A stretch of DNA of 64,000 nt, taken from sequence record NC_021529.2. The stretch is one strand, 5' to 3'. Of this stretch, positions 9,312 through 18,668 are shown one piece after another. The translations under genes and the position numbers were made by a program. Under the pieces are notes generated by a model. The model made no database searches. It worked only from the letters and a program-made list of their open reading frames with translations, and was not told the origin of the DNA. Position 1 is the first letter of the stretch; each line of letters starts with the position of its first letter.

Positions 9312-9523
9312 TGTTTTTGACACTGTACATTCTAATTGGTGCTCTATTGACAATTGCAATGGGTGACCGTCTTGACAACAACTTTAAACAGATCTCTGAT
9401 GGTGAAGCTTCAAATACCGCGATCAAAATCTTTTCGGTATTTGCATCACCGCTGCTTGCAGTAGTGGTGTTAATCGTCTATATCGTTAAATTTGGTATGC
9501 TTATTGTGAAAAAAGCTGATTAA
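9308..9523 (+). CDS. Hypothetical membrane protein
   Basis: Two hydrophobic segments. Confidence 0.6.
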   Translation: MMFLTLYILIGALLTIAMGDRLDNNFKQISDGEASNTAIKIFSVFASPLLAVVVLIVYIVKFGMLIVKKAD

Positions 9524-9568
9524 ATTGTCATTAAATACGTGCGTCAATTAATAATCAAAAGGTAAAAT

Positions 9569-9814
9569 ATGACGCACGATTTGAATATGCTTCTAGAGCA
9601 GTACAACCTCGCGAATTACGAATGCGACGGTGATTTTGAAGACTATTACTGGTCGGTTGCAGAATGGATTGGTCAGACTGTATTCAGTCATGGCACGATT
9701 CGCAAGCACGATATCCTTGAATTGCTATGCGATTTACTTGAAATATCAGAAGATGACATCAATGTCGATGACGTTGACGAGTTTCTTTCTGAAGCTTATG
9801 AGGTACTTGATTAA
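9569..9814 (+). CDS. Hypothetical acidic protein
   Basis: AAGGT RBS, D/E-rich. Confidence 0.65.
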   Translation: MTHDLNMLLEQYNLANYECDGDFEDYYWSVAEWIGQTVFSHGTIRKHDILELLCDLLEISEDDINVDDVDEFLSEAYEVLD

Positions 9815-9873
9815 TGAAGAAATTTCATCGTAAGGAGTTGTTTCACTGAGTAACTTAACTTGGAGAAACAACA

Positions 9874-10386
9874 ATGACAGAACAAAAACTGTACAAAGGC
9901 GTAAAAGAAAAAGATCTACCTGTTTACACCTCGCGTGAATTTGGCTACAAATACATCTACAAAGATTATGAAGGTGGTTGGGTTCCTGAGTGGGCAAGAA
10001 CTTATGTTCGCTATGAGAAATGGTTGACAATGCGCTTAGCAGTCGGATTTTACATTTCTCGCGAGGCAAACCGCATCATTCGTCTGATGCGTACTGGTGA
10101 GTGCCTAGCACGTCACAAAGGCAACTACGTGTTTCGTTACACACCAGTCCCACACACTGGTGGTCGCAAACAATGGGTGTCAGCTAATCGCGGAAAAGGG
10201 TTGATGTCTCAGATTCAGCACGATAAAATGTGTGTTGATGAGATTGAAACAGAATACGGTAAAGTAGTACGTAAAAAGCGTTCTCTTACCGTTCGTCGTC
10301 TTCGCGATTGGGATGGGCTTACTCATTACGACGCGCCTCAGCGTAGTTGGAAACGCTCTAAAAAGCGTAAGCAGTGGATGAAATAA
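9874..10386 (+). CDS. Hypothetical basic protein
   Basis: GGAG RBS; K/R-rich C-terminus. Confidence 0.7.
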   Translation: MTEQKLYKGVKEKDLPVYTSREFGYKYIYKDYEGGWVPEWARTYVRYEKWLTMRLAVGFYISREANRIIRLMRTGECLARHKGNYVFRYTPVPHTGGRKQWVSANRGKGLMSQIQHDKMCVDEIETEYGKVVRKKRSLTVRRLRDWDGLTHYDAPQRSWKRSKKRKQWMK

Positions 10387-10426
10387 AGAAAAGGGTTGAC
10401 AGATGTCAGCCCTTTTTAGTAACATA
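10387..10426 (+). promoter_or_regulatory. Terminator/early promoter cassette
   Basis: AGAAAAGGGTTGACAGATGTCAGCCCTTTTT then TAACAT 18 bp after TTGACA. Confidence 0.75.
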
Positions 10427-10449
10427 GATGTTTTAATAGGAGAACATCT

Positions 10450-10650
10450 ATGTTATATCAAATTTTAATAGCGACACTTGCTTTTATTTTAGTAGTCATA
10501 TCAGCAGTACCGATGGTATATGTGATTGACAATATCATTGAAGATAGATTCGATTCAACGGTAAATGGGGCACTCGTATTACTATTATGTGTTGCTTTGT
10601 TTTGCTTGACTTTCATTTCAGTTGTCTTTGCTGGCGCTGAGTACATGTAA
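10450..10650 (+). CDS. Hypothetical membrane protein
   Basis: Two TM-like segments, GGAG RBS. Confidence 0.6.
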   Translation: MLYQILIATLAFILVVISAVPMVYVIDNIIEDRFDSTVNGALVLLLCVALFCLTFISVVFAGAEYM

Positions 10651-10663
10651 CGAGAAATATATT

Positions 10664-11260
10664 ATGACAGATAAGAAACAAAAACCGACTCTAATTTTTG
10701 ACGTAGACGGCGTGCTAATCGATTGGGCAAGTCAGCTACCGTTATTCTGCAAACGCTGTGGCATCGACCCTGTACTTGCATTGAAGCACTTCACAGCTAA
10801 AGAACACGTAGATGTTCGAGATCTATTTGGCGTTGAGCAACGTTCAATTGCATTCGATTTACTTGAGCGTTACAACTTAGAACACGGCAAGTACATGACT
10901 GCGTTCCCTGATGCAGTTGAGAACGTACACAAAATCGCCAAAGAATACAATCTAATCGCACTGACAAAGTTCGGTGACACGACTGATCATTGGTTAGTTC
11001 GCAAATTCAATCTTGAAACGTTCTTCCCATCTTGCTTCAGTGAATTGATTACCATTCGCGGTGATGAAAGTAAGGTTGGGTATGTCGCGTCGATTCAAGC
11101 TGATCACAACGTGGTTGGATTTATCGACGACCAGCTTGAAAATATCGAAGCGATTTCACGAGCAACCAAGCTGAAGACGATTCACTTAAATCGATACGAT
11201 GAACGAGCTGATGTAAATCACATGTCTAAATTGCTTGATTTCTTACATCAAGAAGTTTAA
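10664..11260 (+). CDS. HAD-family nucleotidase/phosphatase (T4 gp30.2-like)
   Basis: LIFDVDGVLIDW motif I, FIDD motif IV; close to gene 30. Confidence 0.85.
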   Translation: MTDKKQKPTLIFDVDGVLIDWASQLPLFCKRCGIDPVLALKHFTAKEHVDVRDLFGVEQRSIAFDLLERYNLEHGKYMTAFPDAVENVHKIAKEYNLIALTKFGDTTDHWLVRKFNLETFFPSCFSELITIRGDESKVGYVASIQADHNVVGFIDDQLENIEAISRATKLKTIHLNRYDERADVNHMSKLLDFLHQEV

Positions 11261-11316
11261 GACAAACTGAATTCATAGTACAATAAAGCTCCGTAAGGGG
11301 CTTTTATGAGGTCTAT

Positions 11317-11619
11317 ATGATTAAACGAGCATATTTTGTTCATGCTGATAGCGCACTTGCAAAACGTGCAGTTGTGCTAGATAAGCGTGAAGCAAAAGGC
11401 AAACCATTATTCACAAACAAAGAAGAATGGGAAGCTGAATTAAAAACAGACTGGCAAGAATGGAATAAAGAAATGTGTGACTACATTGTTCACATTTACG
11501 GTGATTATATCGCTGGTAAACGATTCTCAGTTCAAGTATTACACGATCAGTCAGTATTCATTGAGGAAGATAATGTTTGCTATACTAATGAAAAGCAACC
11601 AAGAAGTGGCGATTATTGA
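11317..11619 (+). CDS. Hypothetical protein
   Basis: GAGG RBS behind a GTTTAA-class promoter. Confidence 0.6.
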   Translation: MIKRAYFVHADSALAKRAVVLDKREAKGKPLFTNKEEWEAELKTDWQEWNKEMCDYIVHIYGDYIAGKRFSVQVLHDQSVFIEEDNVCYTNEKQPRSGDY

Positions 11620-11753
11620 TATCGGTGACGTGACAATGCCTGCATTGTACATGAAAGAAGATGACGCACTTCGTACACTGTACAAAAACGACTTATACGA
11701 AAAATGCTTTGTGGCGCGTGTTCGCCCTGAAATTTACATAGATGGTGGTAATA

Positions 11754-13088
11754 ATGATTCTGGAAATTCTGAACAGACTAGCAGCAACAACGAAAAGAAC
11801 TGAGAAAGAGGCAATTCTGAAGTCTGAAAAAGACAACGAATTGCTTAAACGTGTGTTTGAACTTGCATACACGCCAACGTATCAGTTCAATATGAAGAAA
11901 CTGCCTGATGTTACTGTGGGTGGTGCGTATGTTCACGAATACCAAGAACTTGATACAGAGCTTGAGCGTGTATTCAGTACGCTTGTATTGAATCAGATGC
12001 GCGGTCACGCTGCTCAAGATTTTGTAGCTAAAACACTAGCGTCTGTATCTGAAGACGATGCAGAAGTCATTCGTCGCGTTATCTTGAAAGATTTGCGCAC
12101 TGGTTGTACTGGCAGCACCGCGAACAAAATCTGGAAAGGTCTGATTGCAGAACAGCCGCAAATGCTTGCAAGCTCGTTCAAAGAAAAGCTAGTTGACGAC
12201 ATTCTAAAGAAAGAGGCATTCGCAGAGCTTAAAGCTGATGGCGCGCGTTGCTTTGCTCACATCGACAAAGAAGGCAACATCACATTCACGTCGCGCAACG
12301 GTAAGCAATACACTGGCTTGATTAAGTTAGAGCGTGAAATTGCAAAGCTAAATGCAAACGGGTTTGTTATTGATGGTGAACTCGTATACGCCCCAAATGG
12401 GCTAGAAAACGTTGAAGATCGTTCGACTGGCAACGGCATCGTAAACAAAGCAAGCAAAGGCACTATCACTGCTCAAGAGCAAGCAGATATCGTGTTTCAA
12501 GTATGGGATATCATCCCAGATGAAGTTTACTTCGGTATTTGTAAGGGATTGAATTCACCGTATCGTCTACGTAAGCAATTCTTAGCTGATTTAGTAGTCG
12601 ATGCAGTTGATATCGAGCCTATTCCGTGGCATGTTGTTCACACTAAAGAAGAAGCAGGTAAAATCTACGCTGAGTACGTAGCGCAAGGTCTAGAAGGGAT
12701 TATCTTGAAAGACCCCGACGCACTATGGGAAAATAAGCGAAGCAAGTCACTTGTTAAATTCAAAGAAGTGCATGACGGGGATCTTGAGATCATTGAAGTA
12801 CTAGAAGGCGACAAGAAGAACAAAGGTAAGCTTGGTGCTCTTCTATTGCGTTCAGCGTGTGGTCGTTTGATTACTAAAGTTGGTAGTGGGTTCACTGACA
12901 AAGATCGTGAAGAAATGTGGGAAAGACGCGACGAATTGATTGGCATGATTGTCGAAATCAATTATAATGCAATCACCCGCGCACGAAACAAAGATACGTG
13001 GTCTTGTTTCTTACCTATCTTTGTGAAAATACGTGATGATAAAGACGTTGCAAACACGCTTGATGAAATGAGCGGTTTCAATGGTTAA
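11754..13088 (+). CDS. 30: ATP-dependent DNA ligase
   Basis: ELKADGAR (motif I), IDGELV, EGIILK, KVGSGF, FLPIF. Confidence 0.97.
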   Translation: MILEILNRLAATTKRTEKEAILKSEKDNELLKRVFELAYTPTYQFNMKKLPDVTVGGAYVHEYQELDTELERVFSTLVLNQMRGHAAQDFVAKTLASVSEDDAEVIRRVILKDLRTGCTGSTANKIWKGLIAEQPQMLASSFKEKLVDDILKKEAFAELKADGARCFAHIDKEGNITFTSRNGKQYTGLIKLEREIAKLNANGFVIDGELVYAPNGLENVEDRSTGNGIVNKASKGTITAQEQADIVFQVWDIIPDEVYFGICKGLNSPYRLRKQFLADLVVDAVDIEPIPWHVVHTKEEAGKIYAEYVAQGLEGIILKDPDALWENKRSKSLVKFKEVHDGDLEIIEVLEGDKKNKGKLGALLLRSACGRLITKVGSGFTDKDREEMWERRDELIGMIVEINYNAITRARNKDTWSCFLPIFVKIRDDKDVANTLDEMSGFNG

Positions 13089-13094
13089 AATAAA

Positions 13095-13115
13095 AGGGGC
13101 GAAAGCCCCTTTTTT
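13095..13115 (+). terminator. Intrinsic terminator after gene 30
   Basis: AGGGGC-GAAA-GCCCCT plus T run. Confidence 0.85.
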
Positions 13116-13117
13116 CG

Positions 13118-13125
13118 TATAAATA
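13118..13125 (+). promoter_or_regulatory. T4-type late promoter
   Basis: Exact TATAAATA, ATG 24 bp downstream. Confidence 0.8.
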
Positions 13126-13148
13126 CTTTCATTTAAGAGAGACGATAA

Positions 13149-14036
13149 ATGATTATTTTCGAACATCAAGACTCGCTTGTTGAAGCTTTTACGACACCTG
13201 CTCCGTATCGTTGGGCAGATGATAATAATATTGTGTTCAGAGTCGGGTCAACGAATTACCAGGCTAATATCAACTCATACGAGAACAGAAACACGCAGAG
13301 TCGAAATATAGACGTGTCATTTCAATGGCAGACTGAAAGCGGTAGATGGACGTTCACATTGAAAAAAAGTGATAATCCGAAAGATGCACTTACAGTGATC
13401 AGTACAATTCTGGCTGCTACATTCGAAAAAGAAGCAAAAGAGAAGCCAGATACGATTTCGTTTAGTGCGTTCACCGATGACAATGATAGAGACGCACAGA
13501 AGCGTTTCAAACTTTACAAACGAATTGCTGAGCGTTATGCAAAAGAGCGTAATTACACACTACAAGTTCATGATCGTTCTTTTCTTCTAACTAATAACGC
13601 GAAACCAAGTCAGATGAGACGATTCCCGAACGACGGCGTTATTGAAGAAGACGGTCTTGTTTATGCTGAATTCCCGCGTGTCAATGCGTTCACATGGGCT
13701 AAAATGTTCTGGCTTGACAATGCAGGTGATTACATCGACTTGTCTCTACCACATGGTCGTGTTAAGGTGACTCGAACATCAGAAGATGTAGTCACTGTCG
13801 ATGGGCGCAACGCAGAAGGCAAAATCGATAACTTAGATAGCTCTTATGTATGGCTGAGTATGCTTGGTGAGATTAAAGTTCGCACACGAACCGGTCGAGA
13901 ATTCACATTGTCTGAAAGGGGTGTTATACTTGACGCTGGTGACATGATTTTGTGTGACGATAAGACAATATATTACTTGTCAGATGAAGAAATGTTCGCT
14001 GATATTTGGGGTTACGATATTATCGAAATCGTATAA
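13149..14036 (+). CDS. Putative virion internal (ejected) protein, paralogue of 49992-50828
   Basis: Late promoter; N-terminus ...SLVE/AF; shares KDALTV, FSAF.D, KR..LYKR.AER motifs with 49992 ORF. Confidence 0.6.
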   Translation: MIIFEHQDSLVEAFTTPAPYRWADDNNIVFRVGSTNYQANINSYENRNTQSRNIDVSFQWQTESGRWTFTLKKSDNPKDALTVISTILAATFEKEAKEKPDTISFSAFTDDNDRDAQKRFKLYKRIAERYAKERNYTLQVHDRSFLLTNNAKPSQMRRFPNDGVIEEDGLVYAEFPRVNAFTWAKMFWLDNAGDYIDLSLPHGRVKVTRTSEDVVTVDGRNAEGKIDNLDSSYVWLSMLGEIKVRTRTGREFTLSERGVILDAGDMILCDDKTIYYLSDEEMFADIWGYDIIEIV

Positions 14037-14065
14037 AAGAAAAGGGAGCAAATGCTCCCTTTTTT
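14036..14065. terminator. Bidirectional terminator between convergent genes
   Basis: A-run GGGAGC-AAAT-GCTCCC T-run. Confidence 0.85.
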
Positions 14066-14067
14066 GA

Positions 14068-15726
14068 TCATGGTGTTAGAGGACTACGCTCTTTAACCAA
14101 TCGTTCTTCGTCAACCGTTGGTTCGGCTGCACGCATGAAGTCAGCGACTTCAGTTAGTTCATGAATTCGTTCTTGTCGTTTACGTTCAGAAAGAACACTG
14201 AATTTTTCATGCTTGTTCTTTTTCTTCAGTCTGATGACTGCATCGAATTCAGAAAGTTGAATCAGCTCAGCTTCAAACAATGTATTGCGATTGATGATGA
14301 ATTCGCAATCACCTTTCTTCCCATGCTTACCTGTTGCAAGAATCGGCAACCCTTCAGCTTCGATTACAAACACAACGTTCAATTTCTTATCAGTTTCAAG
14401 CATATCTAGCATTGTTGATTTGCTATTTTTATCGATTGCATTCACGATAGTTTTCGATGATGATTCAACGAAGTTACATGCAACAATAGGGTTTGTTGAT
14501 GATGAGATAAACGCAGTAGACGCAAATACCCCAGATTCAAGAATCGCACCAACTCGCTTGCTGCTCATTTCAGCACCACGGTACAATGTCATTGCACTAG
14601 CAGATTTACCCGCCTCAGCAAACGCATAATCGAGACGCTTAATGATGTCTGATGCTTTATCAGATTCAATGCCGTGTACCAATGCTTCATTCACTTTCCA
14701 CGCATATCGCGACGCAGAATAGCGAGAAATTGCAGCTTGCGTAAGCGACCCAAGCCCAGCGAATGAATCTTCTTGCATCAATAGCATAGAAAGACGCTCA
14801 TATTGCGCTTCAAGAGCACGAGAACGCGATTCAAGTAAGCAGTTGAATACATCACTAGGGTTTTTAGATTCGTGCATGTACGAGTTGATAGAGTTAGCAA
14901 GAACTGGTAGCTCAAGATTCATGTCAATCAATCCTTGTGCAGCCATTGCAATTTTCGACTCAGATTCAGTTAATGCAATTTCAGTTAAACGCGCATTGTG
15001 TGATGTGCTGTGATGCGATTCAAGTTGCGGCATTTGAAGAACTGCGTTCGGAACACGAGCAGCAGGATTGTCGCCAACCCACGTATCAAGAACAACGTCG
15101 TCGTAATCATCATATTCAGCACCAGCAGTAACGATGATTGTTTTCTTGCTTGAAATGTCAGTTTCTTGCGACATTTTAGCAGCAATCATGTTTACCGTTT
15201 CTTCAGACGCTTCGAATAGCTTGTCAGCGTTGTATCCTGGTTTTGTGATGACGAAGTAGCTGAAATCATCAACCATTTCAGATGTACCATCGTTAACGAT
15301 TTTAGTCGTCTCGCAGCCATAGCGTAGCTTTTTGAATAGCGTTTTTACGCGCATGTCAAACATTTTACCACTGCCAAGCTTTTGAATTCGCATCGATACG
15401 ACGTTTGCACGACGACTAAGCATGAAGTCGTAAACAAGCGTTACGATAGTTTCAATTAGTTTTTGCTGATCGCCCATTTCACGAATAGTCAACCCGCCTT
15501 TCTTTCCGCGCATAGCAGAAACAGTGCAGAACCAGCTACGTTTGCCACGATTGCCGATGTCTGATTTGGTTTTAGTAGTGAACGAAACAACGATGTCCCT
15601 AGCTTCGCCTTTCATATCGATCACAAAGAATTTGTTTTCTTTGGTCGAGCGAGCCGGATAGTAGTCGTATGTCGCGCTCATGTTTTCTGTTAATTGTTGA
15701 TATCCAATCATTTTGTATAGACTCAC
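14068..15726 (-). CDS. alt: Alt-like NAD:protein ADP-ribosyltransferase
   Basis: TLYRG, FISSS and DCEFIINRN match the R-S-E ART motifs; next to gene 30 as in T4; start could be 15711. Confidence 0.85.
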   Translation of the reverse strand: MSLYKMIGYQQLTENMSATYDYYPARSTKENKFFVIDMKGEARDIVVSFTTKTKSDIGNRGKRSWFCTVSAMRGKKGGLTIREMGDQQKLIETIVTLVYDFMLSRRANVVSMRIQKLGSGKMFDMRVKTLFKKLRYGCETTKIVNDGTSEMVDDFSYFVITKPGYNADKLFEASEETVNMIAAKMSQETDISSKKTIIVTAGAEYDDYDDVVLDTWVGDNPAARVPNAVLQMPQLESHHSTSHNARLTEIALTESESKIAMAAQGLIDMNLELPVLANSINSYMHESKNPSDVFNCLLESRSRALEAQYERLSMLLMQEDSFAGLGSLTQAAISRYSASRYAWKVNEALVHGIESDKASDIIKRLDYAFAEAGKSASAMTLYRGAEMSSKRVGAILESGVFASTAFISSSTNPIVACNFVESSSKTIVNAIDKNSKSTMLDMLETDKKLNVVFVIEAEGLPILATGKHGKKGDCEFIINRNTLFEAELIQLSEFDAVIRLKKKNKHEKFSVLSERKRQERIHELTEVADFMRAAEPTVDEERLVKERSPLTP

Positions 15727-15744
15727 CCTTTAGAAATATATGAG

Positions 15745-15752
15745 TATTTATG
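15745..15752 (-). promoter_or_regulatory. Late-promoter variant for alt
   Basis: CATAAATA on minus strand just upstream of alt. Confidence 0.6.
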
Positions 15753-15874
15753 GTAGTTAGTGAAGCTTGATTAAAAAAATACCACTTTTTGTTTAAAAAG
15801 TGCTTGCAATGTCCATCTGATAGTCGTAATATGTGTTCATCGAAACGAAATACACAAACATGAGAGTACAAATT

Positions 15875-16387
15875 ATGAATGCACAAACAATGACTAACGA
15901 ACAAATTGCTAAACTATTCGACATGAAACTTTCATCAAATGGGTTTCAAGCGATTGACAAAAAAGGTCGTGGTCATTTTCTAACAGATTTGCGTCAACGA
16001 GTCATGAAAGCTGAGAAGACTAAAGCGAAAGCAACAAAAACTCGTAAAGTTCGCGAAGAGCAAGAACCATCAGTATCGGCTGAAGATCTGCTTCATGAAC
16101 TTCAATCAGAATCAAGTGATTACTGGTTCATTCGTGACACTCAACCTGGCATGGATTCGCTTACTCATGGCTTAAATGTGTACGTTTCTGCTGGCAAGCC
16201 TGATCACCATCGTCTAATTGTGCGTAGCAATCAACTCTCAATGAAAGAAATTGACCGTGAACTAGGTTATTTGAACCCTCGCAAACAAGAAGAAGGTCAT
16301 CATCGTGCGAAAACAACTGTGTTTTTCTCGAACAAAACAGCGAAAGAAATCGTTGAGATTGTTGAAAAACTTAAAGAACTAAGTTAA
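15875..16387 (+). CDS. Hypothetical early protein
   Basis: Behind sigma70-like TTGCAA...TAATAT and ATCGAAACGA leader. Confidence 0.7.
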   Translation: MNAQTMTNEQIAKLFDMKLSSNGFQAIDKKGRGHFLTDLRQRVMKAEKTKAKATKTRKVREEQEPSVSAEDLLHELQSESSDYWFIRDTQPGMDSLTHGLNVYVSAGKPDHHRLIVRSNQLSMKEIDRELGYLNPRKQEEGHHRAKTTVFFSNKTAKEIVEIVEKLKELS

Positions 16388-16498
16388 TTGTGACTTAGAT
16401 CGCGAAAATGTGGTAATCGGATATTGACAATAACACGTGAATATCCGATAATAAACACATCAAGACGAGATACACAAACTACTTAAAGAGAGAACATT

Positions 16499-17314
16499 AT
16501 GACTATCACTAAAGCAGAAATGACAGCAATCGCAAACGACATCATGAGCGGCAACAATCTTCTAAAGCGCGATCTTAAAGCTGAAGGTTGGTTCTTCGAA
16601 TTCGGTTCAATGGCTGCTCTAGGCGACTGTCATTACGGCAAGAAAGTTCTACGTCTTTCTGACAAGTACTTGAACGCACGTACTAAAGCTGAGCAAATCA
16701 ACACTATCACGCATGAAATGGCACACGCTATTGCATACACTGATTACAGCGAACGTGGTCACGGTGCAATCTGGAAACGTGTTCATCGTCAACTAGGTGG
16801 TACTGCTGAGCGTACTTCTCGCGTATCAAATCTAGAAGCTGTTGACAAGAAATACGTAGTTTTCTTTGAAAACGACAAAGGCGAACTAGAAGTTATCCAC
16901 AAAATGGATCGTCTGACTGCTAAATTCCGCGGTTCTCGTATTACTAGTCTTTACGTTCCAAGTCGTAAAGAAGAGACTCAAGGCAAACTACGTTGTGTTT
17001 CTTCAGTTACTTTCAACGCAATGAAAGCAAATCTTGAAGAATCTCGCGCTGAAGCGAAAACAGTTGAAGTTAAGCCAGTTGTTAAACCAACTCAAAAGAC
17101 TGAAACTAAGAAAGTTGAAAAGAAAGTATCAGCGCGTGGTCAAGCTGCTCGTGATGCAATCGCTAAAATCGTAACAACTGAGATTTACAAAGATTCGACT
17201 GTTACATTTTACAAGCGTCGTCCAACTGATAGCATTTTCTTCATCAAGATTGAAACTGCGACTGACACAATCGAACAGCGTCTAGACGTGTTCAAAAAGA
17301 AACACAGCTTGTAA
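16499..17314 (+). CDS. SprT-like zinc metalloprotease domain protein
   Basis: LGDCHY, TITHEMAHA, HGAIWK...LGG. Confidence 0.85.
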   Translation: MTITKAEMTAIANDIMSGNNLLKRDLKAEGWFFEFGSMAALGDCHYGKKVLRLSDKYLNARTKAEQINTITHEMAHAIAYTDYSERGHGAIWKRVHRQLGGTAERTSRVSNLEAVDKKYVVFFENDKGELEVIHKMDRLTAKFRGSRITSLYVPSRKEETQGKLRCVSSVTFNAMKANLEESRAEAKTVEVKPVVKPTQKTETKKVEKKVSARGQAARDAIAKIVTTEIYKDSTVTFYKRRPTDSIFFIKIETATDTIEQRLDVFKKKHSL

Positions 17315-17326
17315 TTCTCTCAATCA

Positions 17327-17346
17327 GCCCCGAAAGGGGCTTTTTT
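17327..17346 (+). terminator. Intrinsic terminator
   Basis: GCCCC-GAAA-GGGGC plus T6. Confidence 0.85.
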
Positions 17347-17353
17347 AGGTTGA

Positions 17354-17427
17354 GCGGAAAATTCCGCATCATCTTAGTAGTATTAGTAGTTTTAGTGATA
17401 TTAGAGATATTAGTAAAATTAGTTTAA
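17354..17427. repeat. Hairpin plus six phased 9-bp TTAG repeats, copy 1
   Basis: GCGGAA-AA-TTCCGC; TTAG at 17374, 17383, 17392, 17401, 17410, 17419. Confidence 0.9.
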
Positions 17428-17469
17428 CAAACGCCTTGACAATCGTATAATATACGTCGAGGTGATGAA

Positions 17470-17709
17470 ATGATAACGATATACACAATTCCTAACTGCG
17501 ACGGCTGTCGCCACGCTATTTCCCTCTGTAAGTTCAAAAACGTCCCGTACACTGTAATCGAGTTGCAGTCTCAATCAGACATCGATAAATTGCATACACG
17601 CCTTGGCGGTGTTCGCAATATACGAGTGCCATTAGCAATGCATGGTGATGACTACATTGGTCATTTACCAGAATTGAAGAAATGGATCGATGCTAATCTG
17701 TATAAATAA
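17470..17709 (+). CDS. nrdC: Glutaredoxin
   Basis: YTIPNCDGC active site, VP motif, YIG. Confidence 0.85.
   Translation: MITIYTIPNCDGCRHAISLCKFKNVPYTVIELQSQSDIDKLHTRLGGVRNIRVPLAMHGDDYIGHLPELKKWIDANLYK
17701..17708 (+). promoter_or_regulatory. T4-type late promoter for gp24
   Basis: Exact TATAAATA. Confidence 0.8.
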
Positions 17710-17766
17710 AAGAAATTACGTACATTCTTCCGCTGAAATGCGGCAATAAATTAAAGGAATCATACA

Positions 17767-18660
17767 ATGACTGTATCTACTAGTAACGGTTTACCAGACA
17801 TTGTGACTGTTCAAAAACGTCTTTATCCGTTAATCTTTACGGAGATCGTTTCTGAGCAGGTAACAAAGCAACCAGTAGCAACCGCTTACGGATTCAAAGC
17901 TGTATCTGAAGCTGACGACGGTAGTGGTTGGACTCAATTCGGATTCAGACTTGATCGTTGGTATACTGAAGTTAAATCTTCAAAAATGAAGACTGAAATC
18001 TCACTTGAAACAATTCAAGATCTGCAAGCTCTTGGTGTTAATACTACCATCATTGCTGGGTCATTAGCTGACCAAATTGCAGATGAGATCAATACTGACA
18101 TCATCAATGCACTGAACGGAATTTCAACAGTTGGGACAGCTCTTGTACTTGCTGGTACAACAGACTTTGACAAAGGTCAAGATCTGTATGCTAAAGTTCA
18201 CGTGTCTGCTGCTGAAATTGAAAAATCAACTGGATGTCAAGGCACTTATGTAGTTGCTGGCGGGAAATGCTTCGGTCTACTTACAGGCTGTGGTGTTGTT
18301 AAGAAAATCAGCGATACTGTTTACCAAGCATGGTCTGGATTGTACATCGTACACGATAAATATGCAACATCTGATTATGTGACAGTTGGCGTTAAGAAAG
18401 AACTTGGTGATTATGAGATCTCAAGTATCGTATTCAGCCCATATGTCTTTGATAGCGAAACCGAAGGCGCTATTGCTTATCAATACAAAGGGACTGATCC
18501 GAAATCATTCCACTCTGTGTATGGTGTTATTTCACGATACGCACTGACAGTTGCTCCACTTGAAGAAACTCAAACTGGCGCAGTGGAAATCGATTGGGAC
18601 AACCTTGGCGCATTAGCGAACAGTTCTAAGCTGTCTTACACTCATGCAGTGACAGTATAA
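17767..18660 (+). CDS. 24: Capsid vertex protein (gp23/gp24 family), short form
   Basis: KRLYPLIFTEIVSEQVTKQP, LADQIADEINTDII, SIVFSPY, YGVISRYALTVAP resemble gp23/gp24; late promoter. Confidence 0.75.
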   Translation: MTVSTSNGLPDIVTVQKRLYPLIFTEIVSEQVTKQPVATAYGFKAVSEADDGSGWTQFGFRLDRWYTEVKSSKMKTEISLETIQDLQALGVNTTIIAGSLADQIADEINTDIINALNGISTVGTALVLAGTTDFDKGQDLYAKVHVSAAEIEKSTGCQGTYVVAGGKCFGLLTGCGVVKKISDTVYQAWSGLYIVHDKYATSDYVTVGVKKELGDYEISSIVFSPYVFDSETEGAIAYQYKGTDPKSFHSVYGVISRYALTVAPLEETQTGAVEIDWDNLGALANSSKLSYTHAVTV

Positions 18661-18668
18661 GGTGTGAC

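Noticed and set aside
17350-17427. TTAG array read as a 25-aa hydrophobic peptide (MSGKFRIILVVLVVLVILEILVKLV)
   Set aside because: Copy 1 has only a TTG start with poor RBS spacing. Copy 2 has a 1-nt difference in the A-run and an in-frame TAA upstream with no start codon, so conservation appears to be at DNA level.
17374-17427. TTAG repeats as a CRISPR array
   Set aside because: 9-bp contiguous units with no spacers, and no cas genes
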